A stretch of DNA of 51,468 nucleotides from sequence record PP988008.1, one strand, 5' to 3'. Source of the DNA: Escherichia phage phiE31-2. Each line of letters starts with the position of its first letter. The first letter of the stretch is position 1. The position numbers and the translations under genes are program-made. The notes under the pieces are model-generated. The model made no database searches. It was not told the DNA's origin and saw nothing but the letters and a program-made list of their open reading frames with translations. Positions 44,941 through 51,468 of the stretch are shown here, piece after piece.

Positions 44941-45915
44941 ATGGAAAAAGAAAAATTTGATCAGCTAGATGCGGATATTGTTTCTAGCTATCTGGCTACT
45001 CGCGGCGTTAAGGGTGATGCTTCTGATATGGGTATCTGGACGGCGCAAGAGCTTCACAAGATCCGCTCTAATGCTTACGAGAAAGAGTATCCGGCAGGTT
45101 CAGCGCTTCGTGTGTTCCCTGTAACTAATGAGCTTTCTGATACTGATAAGACTTTTGAATATCAGATGTTTGATAAGGTTGGTTACGCAAAAATTATTGC
45201 TGATTACACCGACGACCTGCCGACCGTTGACGCGCTGATGTCTAGCGAATTTGGTAAAGTGTTCCGCTTGGGTAACGCGTTCTTGATCTCCATTGACGAA
45301 ATCAAGGCTGGTCAGCGTACTGGCAAGAGCCTTTCCACTCGCAAGGCAAACGCAGCGCAAAACGCGCATGATCAGGAAGTTAACCGCCTGGTGTTTAAGG
45401 GTTCAAAACCGCATAAGATTCTTTCGGTGTTCGAACATCCTAACCTGACAAAGATCGTGTCTTCTGGCTGGTTAAGTAATGATGAAAACACTAAGTTCCC
45501 GCAGGATGCATCTGATGAACTGGAAAAGGCTATTGAAACCATTCAGACCATCACCAATGGTCAGCACCGAGCAACCAACATCCTGATTCCGCCGTCTATG
45601 CGCAAGGTTCTTTCCGTTCGAATGGAAAACACCACTGAAAGTTATCTGGAATACTTCCAGAAACAAAACAGCGGAATCACCATTGACTCAATCGCAGAGC
45701 TTGAGGATATTGATGGCGCTGGAACGAAAGGTTGCCTGGTATATGAGAAAGACCCGATGAACATGTCGATCGAAATTCCAGAAGCATTTAATATGCTTCC
45801 GGCGCAACCAAAAGATCTGCATTTCAAAGTTCCGTGCACTTCAAAATGTACTGGCCTGACGATTTACCGTCCGTTTACGCTAGTGCTTATTACTGGCTTG
45901 AAAAAATCAAGTTAA
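44941..45915 (+). CDS. major capsid protein
   Basis: 324 aa with GGAGG RBS; position after scaffold and before head-tail connector genes; followed by strong terminator. Confidence 0.7.
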   Translation: MEKEKFDQLDADIVSSYLATRGVKGDASDMGIWTAQELHKIRSNAYEKEYPAGSALRVFPVTNELSDTDKTFEYQMFDKVGYAKIIADYTDDLPTVDALMSSEFGKVFRLGNAFLISIDEIKAGQRTGKSLSTRKANAAQNAHDQEVNRLVFKGSKPHKILSVFEHPNLTKIVSSGWLSNDENTKFPQDASDELEKAIETIQTITNGQHRATNILIPPSMRKVLSVRMENTTESYLEYFQKQNSGITIDSIAELEDIDGAGTKGCLVYEKDPMNMSIEIPEAFNMLPAQPKDLHFKVPCTSKCTGLTIYRPFTLVLITGLKKSS

Positions 45916-45927
45916 TCGTATAACATT

Positions 45928-45956
45928 GGGGAATCCTTAACTGGATTCCCTTTTTA
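45928..45956 (+). terminator. rho-independent terminator after major capsid gene
   Basis: GGGAATCC-loop-GGATTCCC then TTTTT. Confidence 0.6.
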
Positions 45957-45970
45957 TTGGAGGTTATGAA

Positions 45971-46243
45971 ATGGCTAAAGAAAAAACTGTAACGCTAAAG
46001 GTTTCCGGCGTGTGCCTTATCATTGTTGATGGTGAGCATTATCATCCAGGCAAAGAGTTTGACGTAGAAGAATCAAAATTGAAAACAAGCGCGTTTGAAT
46101 ATCTAATTGCAAAAGGCGATCTGGAGGTTAAAGACAACTCCGCATTGAACGAAGAAATCAAACAGAGCGCAGCAAGCAAACGTAAAAAAGACCCGCGAGA
46201 GGGCAAGAGCAAAGCCGAACTTGAAGACGGCGGCATCTATTAA
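45971..46243 (+). CDS. hypothetical protein
   Basis: 90 aa with GGAGG RBS between capsid and connector genes. Confidence 0.5.
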   Translation: MAKEKTVTLKVSGVCLIIVDGEHYHPGKEFDVEESKLKTSAFEYLIAKGDLEVKDNSALNEEIKQSAASKRKKDPREGKSKAELEDGGIY

Positions 46244-46290
46244 TAAAGAGGGCGCTATAAGCGCCCTTTGTCATATCTGGAGGAAACAAA

Positions 46291-46707
46291 ATGGTTGATG
46301 AATTTTTCACTGACGCAGAAATCACGCAGCAAATCGTGAAATTAGCTCCACCGATGAAACAGATTGATCCAGATTTAATGGTGGCATGGATTGACCTGGC
46401 AAAGGAATTTGTTTGCAAGAAGCGGTTTAAAGAATCATATCCTAAAGCGGTTGCCCTTTATACTTTGCACCTTATGACGCTTGACGGAGCTATGAAGCAA
46501 GAAGGGGAAAGCGTAGAGAGTTACTCACGGCGCGTGGCGTCATTTTCCCTGACTGGTGAATTTAGCCAGACATTTGATCGCGTGTCCGGCGATTCAAGCG
46601 GAAAAGAGATTAGACAAACTCCGTGGGGCAAAATGTATGAGACGTTAAATAGAAAAAAAGGCGGTGGATTTGGCCTTGTGACTGGATTTCGGAGGCGCTG
46701 CAAATGA
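46291..46707 (+). CDS. head-tail connector protein
   Basis: 138 aa with GGAGG RBS; first of four coupled small genes preceding major tail gene. Confidence 0.5.
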   Translation: MVDEFFTDAEITQQIVKLAPPMKQIDPDLMVAWIDLAKEFVCKKRFKESYPKAVALYTLHLMTLDGAMKQEGESVESYSRRVASFSLTGEFSQTFDRVSGDSSGKEIRQTPWGKMYETLNRKKGGGFGLVTGFRRRCK

Positions 46708-47075
46708 ACTATAACGAGATCGCAAGAATGGCAACCGAAGGAATTAACTTCTTTAGTGATGGCAACGGTGAGTTTAAGTGCATAACGCAGCGTGGAAGCG
46801 TTGAAATCATCGGAGGCGAAGAAGTAGAAAAGCCAGAGATTAGTGTAATGATTAAGGGTTTAATTAGATCACCCAAAGTCCGAGAGATTGACGGCGAGAC
46901 AATACGAGTAACCGATAAGTTGGGAGTTTTTAACAATAAAGTTGAAATTAAGAACGGGTATCATATTGATGTTGATGGTGAATTATATGTTGTAGTTGAA
47001 GCAAGACCAATCAGACAAACCAATGTCACTGTTGCTTATCGGCCTATTTTGAGAAGGATTTCTGTACATGGCTAA
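46704..47075 (+). CDS. head-tail joining protein
   Basis: 123 aa; ATGA overlap. Confidence 0.5.
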   Translation: MNYNEIARMATEGINFFSDGNGEFKCITQRGSVEIIGGEEVEKPEISVMIKGLIRSPKVREIDGETIRVTDKLGVFNNKVEIKNGYHIDVDGELYVVVEARPIRQTNVTVAYRPILRRISVHG

Positions 47076-47511
47076 AAACTACACGATAAGGGAATTTCAC
47101 GGCAACATTGATGCGTGGATAAACGCCGTTGATAGTGGACTAAAAGATTGCGTGGAGTTGTTCGCCGAAAAAGTACACACAGATTTGGTTAAGCGTTCTC
47201 CGGTAGATACTGGTCGTTACCGTGGAAACTGGCAGGTAACAGCAAATAAGCCGCCATTGTATGCGCTTAACCAGTACGACAAGCACGGCGACAAAACTAT
47301 CGCGGAAGGCAAGCGCGCCATATACGCAATATTACGAGGTGGCGGCGCAGTAAGAGCTATTTATTTTTCTAACATGCTTATTTATGCTAACGCGCTTGAG
47401 TACGGTCATTCAAAACAAGCGCCAGCGGGTGTGCTTGGTATTGTTGCCGTGAAATTGCGTTCATATATGGCTGAGGCAATAAAAGAGTCGAGGGCAAAAA
47501 ATGCACTATGA
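47068..47511 (+). CDS. neck protein (HK97 gp10-like)
   Basis: 147 aa; overlapping start; position. Confidence 0.5.
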   Translation: MAKNYTIREFHGNIDAWINAVDSGLKDCVELFAEKVHTDLVKRSPVDTGRYRGNWQVTANKPPLYALNQYDKHGDKTIAEGKRAIYAILRGGGAVRAIYFSNMLIYANALEYGHSKQAPAGVLGIVAVKLRSYMAEAIKESRAKNAL

Positions 47512-47899
47512 ATTAATGCTATCGGCGCGTAAGGCGCTGGCGACTGAATACGAAAGCAGATTCATGATCGCTTATGAAAACGTAGAGTTTACGCCACCTG
47601 GTGACGGTTCGCCGTGGTTGAAGTTTGACTATGCCGAAGTTGACACAGAATACTTGTCATTGGATCGAAAATGCGTTTCTTATATCGGAATGATTCAGAT
47701 TGGTATTGTGTTTCCACCAGGTTACGGAACTGACAGGCCGCGCGTTCTCGCTAAAGAGATTGCGCAATTCTTTTACGATGGTAAAATGCTGGAGCATGGT
47801 TATATATATGAGGGTGCAAGAGTTCACAAACCGCTCAAGAGTGAAAGCGGATGGCTTCTCCCTATAAGGTTTTATGTTCGAATTGAAACAAAGGAGTAA
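47501..47899 (+). CDS. tail completion / terminator protein
   Basis: 132 aa directly upstream of major tail gene. Confidence 0.5.
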   Translation: MHYELMLSARKALATEYESRFMIAYENVEFTPPGDGSPWLKFDYAEVDTEYLSLDRKCVSYIGMIQIGIVFPPGYGTDRPRVLAKEIAQFFYDGKMLEHGYIYEGARVHKPLKSESGWLLPIRFYVRIETKE

Positions 47900-47904
47900 A
47901 AATT

Positions 47905-48567
47905 ATGCATTTACCAAATGGATCGCAAATTTTCGTTGAGAGCAATCGCGGAAGCGAAATCCAAGCAACAGCAGTGTCAAACGCCAAAGATCCTGTTTTC
48001 ACTGTTGCATCTGGCGGCACTGCGTACAAGAAAGGTGATTATGTGATCATCACTGCGTCTTCTTGGGGTAAGCTGATTGATCGTGTTATGCGTGTAAAAG
48101 AAAACGGTCAAGAAACAAGCGTGACTCTTGAAGGCGTAGATACTACTGATCAGAACGTTTTCCCATCTGGCGGTACTGCATCTTTTGCCAAAATTGATGC
48201 ATGGACTGAGATCCCTTGCGTTCAGGATTTGTCGCAGGACGGCGGCGAACAGCAATACTACACTTATCAGTGTTTGGCAGACGATCAGGAACAGCAGTTA
48301 CCTACCTATAAGAGCGCCGTTTCTCTTACCTACACTTTTGCGCACGAATACGATAACGCGATCTATCCGTTACTTCGTGCAGCAGATGAATCCGGCGCTG
48401 TAACGGCGCTTCGTATGTATGTACCAAAAGCAAAAGAGATGCGTTGCTGGGCTGGTGTATTTTCATTTAACGAGATCCCACAAACGACAGTTAACGAAAT
48501 GGAAACCGTTTCCCTGTCTGTATCCCTGAAAGGTCGATTCACCTTCCTACCTTCTCAAGTATCATAA
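47905..48567 (+). CDS. major tail protein
   Basis: 220 aa with AAGGAG RBS; followed by strong terminator then G/GT chaperone genes and tape measure. Confidence 0.7.
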   Translation: MHLPNGSQIFVESNRGSEIQATAVSNAKDPVFTVASGGTAYKKGDYVIITASSWGKLIDRVMRVKENGQETSVTLEGVDTTDQNVFPSGGTASFAKIDAWTEIPCVQDLSQDGGEQQYYTYQCLADDQEQQLPTYKSAVSLTYTFAHEYDNAIYPLLRAADESGAVTALRMYVPKAKEMRCWAGVFSFNEIPQTTVNEMETVSLSVSLKGRFTFLPSQVS

Positions 48568-48574
48568 TCACAAG

Positions 48575-48596
48575 GGGCGTTGCGCCCCTTTTTTTG
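48575..48596 (+). terminator. rho-independent terminator after major tail gene
   Basis: GGGGCG-TTG-CGCCCC then TTTTTTT. Confidence 0.6.
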
Positions 48597-48633
48597 TTAC
48601 TGTACAATCAAGCTACACGATTCATAATCAATT

Positions 48634-48652
48634 CTTTTAACAAAAAGTGCTA
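48634..48652 (+). promoter_or_regulatory. inverted copy of conserved motif upstream of gpG
   Basis: CTTTTAACAAAAAGTGCTA ending 14 nt before the gpG ATG. Confidence 0.4.
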
Positions 48653-48666
48653 TCAAGGGGAAAGAA

Positions 48667-48984
48667 ATGTCAAAAATGAAATTGACGATTGGGCCGCTTC
48701 CTGACTTTAAATTACCAGTGAAATTTGCAATGCCTAACGGAGAAGATCAAACAATTATCTTCACAGTTCGCCACCGCAAAACAAGTGAGATTCACGAGCG
48801 CTACACGTCAGATACTCCAATGAGCGATGTTGAAATGATCACCTTCCTTGCTTCCGGTTGGAATCTTGATGATGAATTTAACGAAGAAAATATTAAACAG
48901 CTTCTTGATTACTACCCAGCGACAGCAATCGGATTAACTAGCGCATACATGAAAGCGCTTGCGGGGCAGCGAGTAAAAAACTAA
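48667..48984 (+). CDS. tail assembly chaperone (lambda gpG-like)
   Basis: 105 aa immediately upstream of tape measure; ends at slippery A_AAA_AAC. Confidence 0.7.
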   Translation: MSKMKLTIGPLPDFKLPVKFAMPNGEDQTIIFTVRHRKTSEIHERYTSDTPMSDVEMITFLASGWNLDDEFNEENIKQLLDYYPATAIGLTSAYMKALAGQRVKN

Positions 48985-49295
48985 AAAGGGCGGTTTACCT
49001 GTTTTATCAGAAACCGCCGACAGATGCAGAGCTTGAGGCCGTTGGCCTTACAAGGGCAGACTATGAAGGAGAAGATCCGCCAGAGGTTATATTTGATGAA
49101 AGCATGATGCAATCATGGGATATATTTTGCGCAATGCAAACGCAATGGAGATGTTATGGCGGTGGCGCTTACGGATTTGATTATAATGTCTTGCCTATGC
49201 TTTTTGAGATTTACAAGGTTGAGGATCGCGAGATGGCGCTAAACGACTTGCGAATCATGGAGCAAAAAGCACTTGAAATGATGCATTCAAAATAA
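48667..49295 (+). CDS. tail assembly chaperone frameshift product (gpGT-like; -1 shift at 48975..48981)
   Basis: -1 frame after A_AAA_AAC stays open to stop at 49293-49295 and merges with ORF 49104..49295. Confidence 0.6.
48975..48981 (+). other. -1 programmed ribosomal frameshift slippery heptamer A_AAA_AAC
   Basis: X_XXY_YYZ heptamer 3 nt before gpG stop; -1 frame open for 104 further codons. Confidence 0.65.
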
Positions 49296-49316
49296 GCGCC
49301 TACGGGCGCTTTTTTA
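49295..49316 (+). terminator. terminator-like hairpin between GT and tape measure
   Basis: AGCGCC-TACG-GGCGCT then TTTTTT. Confidence 0.55.
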
Positions 49317-49334
49317 TTACCTGGAGGATTAATA

Positions 49335-51468
49335 ATGTCAGAACAATACGCAGGCTTGACGCTTGGGGTTGACGTTTCTCAACTCAACAATGCTGTAAAG
49401 TCTTTGCAGCAATTCAAGAAGGCAAACGACGACGCAAAGGGAAGCGTTGAGAGTTTTGTTGATTCAGAGGTTGTTGCAAGACAAAGAGCCAAACAACTGG
49501 CTGAGGAATTGGCAAAGCAGAGGCAAGAATTTAAAGCAATTCAGTCGGCAATAGATCCGACAGCAAGCAAAATGGATAAGTTGCGCCAGGCTGCAACACA
49601 GCTTGATGCGCTTTGGAAAAAAGGAATTGTGCCGGATGATACATTCTTTGAGTTAGGATCAATTCTTGAGACGCAGCAAAATAAACTGATCGCAACGAAA
49701 AAAGCGCTAACTGAAGAAGGCCGCGCGGCGCTTGAGGAAGCAAAAAATAAGGCAAGAGCAGAGGCTGAGGCAAGAAAGTTTATTGCGGCATTGCAGGCGC
49801 AAGCTGACGCAGCGGAAAAAACGAAATCAGAGCTTGTCGAAATGAGAGCCGCACAACTTGGAGTCAGTGCAGAAGCTGCGCCATTTATTGCAAAAATGAA
49901 GGAGCAGGAAAAACAAGCCTCAAAACTTGGCGTTTCTATGGGGCAGTACAAGCAAGCAATGGCGCAATTGCCAATGCAGATCACTGACGTTGTTACTTCT
50001 CTTGCTTCAGGTATGCCAGTATGGATGATCGCAATCCAGCAGGGTGGGCAAATCAAGGACTCATTCGGCGGTGTTGCTAATACGTTTAAAGCGCTAATGA
50101 CATTTGTCACGCCTTTAAGTGTAGGAATGACGGCGCTGACTGGTGCTCTTGGTTATGCTGCATATAATGCATACAAAGCAAATGCACAATTGAAGGAGAT
50201 TACAAAAACCGTTCAGGAGGCAACAGGTCTTTCCGGTGAGTTTGCAGAGCGGATCGCAACTGGAATCCAGGCGCTATCTGACAAGACAGGAGAGAGCGCA
50301 GACAATATCGCAAAGGCTTACATAAGCACTAAGGATGGAGCAAGCGAGGCTATACAAAAACTCGTCGATGTTGGATTTACCTATGACGAAGCAAAGGCAA
50401 AAGTAAATGAATACAAAAACGCATCAAGTTTTGTAAGTCTTAACAATGAAATTGCTGATCACAAAAACAAAGTTCTTGAGCTTGGCGATTCATGGTATGC
50501 GGTCTTAAAAGCAAAACGTGATTATGCTTCACCGTCCGGCGGGCTGTTGGGGAAAGAGCTTGGTTATGTGAATCCAATGCTGCAATTTGCGAAGAACACC
50601 TATGAGGATATAGGAAAGATTGTAAAAGATGCGAATAAGGATATGGCGGAACGAGCAGCACGCATCGACAGAGAAAACCTTTCCTTAAACAGAGTTCGAG
50701 CGGCGCAAGAGGCTTTAAACAAAGCCATAGAGGATCAGAAGAACGTAGCAAGGACAGCAGACGAAGAGTTGAAAAAGCGCGCGGCTGAGAACGTGGAGTT
50801 CAGGCGAAAAGAGCTTGAAGAGGCGAAGAAGGCGCAGCAGCAAAAGGAAAAAGTTGGTGGAGTTGTAAAAGCACCAACAGAGCAGCTTGATAAGGAGCTA
50901 TATGTTCTCAAGGCGCAACTTGAAACGCTGAAAGAGCACCGAACTGTAAATGATGTTATTTCACGCCAGAGGCAATCTTTGTGGAGCATTGAAAAGCAGA
51001 TCCAGATCCTTGAGGAAGCGCAAAGTAAACGCAAGCTGACAAAAGCGGAACAGGCGTTACTAAACGAGCAAAAAGCAGTTATTGCTATGGCAAAAGAAAA
51101 GGCAGAGATAGGCGATCAGATTGTTTTGCAACAGAGAAAGAACAAGCAATACCAGGAAGGGCTTAAATTCATTCAGCAAACATCAGATGCTATTGACGCT
51201 ATGAACTTGCGACAGTCTGGAGCTACAGATCTGCAAATCCAGCGAGAGCTTGAGTTGAAGAAGTTGCGAACTGATTATGTTGCTGGCGGCGGTAGTATCG
51301 ACGATGAAATTTATCAGCAGATGGAAGCAAAGCTGAAGGAGTATTACGCCACTGAGGATCAGCTTAGAAATAACTGGATTGCAGGAGCAAAAAACGCATG
51401 GGAGGTTTACGGACAAGATGCAATGGATATGTACGGCAACGTGCAAGATATTGCAAGCGAGGCGCTCA
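49335..51468 (+). CDS. tail tape measure protein, N-terminal segment (3' end runs off window)
   Basis: ATG with GGAGG RBS; open through window end; Ala/Lys/Glu/Gln-rich coiled-coil typical of TMP; after G/GT. Confidence 0.85.
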   Translation, partial: MSEQYAGLTLGVDVSQLNNAVKSLQQFKKANDDAKGSVESFVDSEVVARQRAKQLAEELAKQRQEFKAIQSAIDPTASKMDKLRQAATQLDALWKKGIVPDDTFFELGSILETQQNKLIATKKALTEEGRAALEEAKNKARAEAEARKFIAALQAQADAAEKTKSELVEMRAAQLGVSAEAAPFIAKMKEQEKQASKLGVSMGQYKQAMAQLPMQITDVVTSLASGMPVWMIAIQQGGQIKDSFGGVANTFKALMTFVTPLSVGMTALTGALGYAAYNAYKANAQLKEITKTVQEATGLSGEFAERIATGIQALSDKTGESADNIAKAYISTKDGASEAIQKLVDVGFTYDEAKAKVNEYKNASSFVSLNNEIADHKNKVLELGDSWYAVLKAKRDYASPSGGLLGKELGYVNPMLQFAKNTYEDIGKIVKDANKDMAERAARIDRENLSLNRVRAAQEALNKAIEDQKNVARTADEELKKRAAENVEFRRKELEEAKKAQQQKEKVGGVVKAPTEQLDKELYVLKAQLETLKEHRTVNDVISRQRQSLWSIEKQIQILEEAQSKRKLTKAEQALLNEQKAVIAMAKEKAEIGDQIVLQQRKNKQYQEGLKFIQQTSDAIDAMNLRQSGATDLQIQRELELKKLRTDYVAGGGSIDDEIYQQMEAKLKEYYATEDQLRNNWIAGAKNAWEVYGQDAMDMYGNVQDIASEAL

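Noticed and set aside
49541-50110. 189-aa minus-strand ORF
   Set aside because: Antisense to the tape measure coding region; low-complexity Ala/Ser-rich translation typical of antisense reading, no RBS
1-51468. Window as an integrated prophage or temperate element
   Set aside because: No integrase, excisionase, CI/Cro-like immunity pair or attachment-site repeats; gene content matches a virulent T1-like phage

Overview
The window reads as a complete, circularly permuted genome (~51.5 kb, roughly 45% GC) of a virulent T1-like siphophage (Drexlerviridae-type layout); no integrase or repressor is seen. The tape measure gene is cut by the window ends and its frame continues across the end-to-start junction. 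Modules, in window order: lambda-like tail tip genes (M, L, K, I, J); a leftward receptor-binding/lipoprotein locus; a recombination module (exonuclease, Erf, SSB); a leftward cluster with a lateral tail fiber, primase and an HTH protein; helicase, VRR-NUC nuclease and Dam methylase; a lysis cassette (holin, SAR endolysin, unimolecular spanin); divergent early regions of many small ORFs; then terminase, portal, head, neck and tail genes with a G/GT -1 frameshift site. The most unusual signals are a conserved ~19-bp motif with fixed spacing to a TATAAT-like hexamer in front of nearly every early transcription unit, two homologous AT/GT-rich iteron regions about 22 kb apart, a compact C5-methyltransferase-like protein lacking a normal target-recognition domain, and a promoter-hairpin-terminator leader that may be a small RNA. 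All functional calls rest on motif reading by eye; no database search was run.
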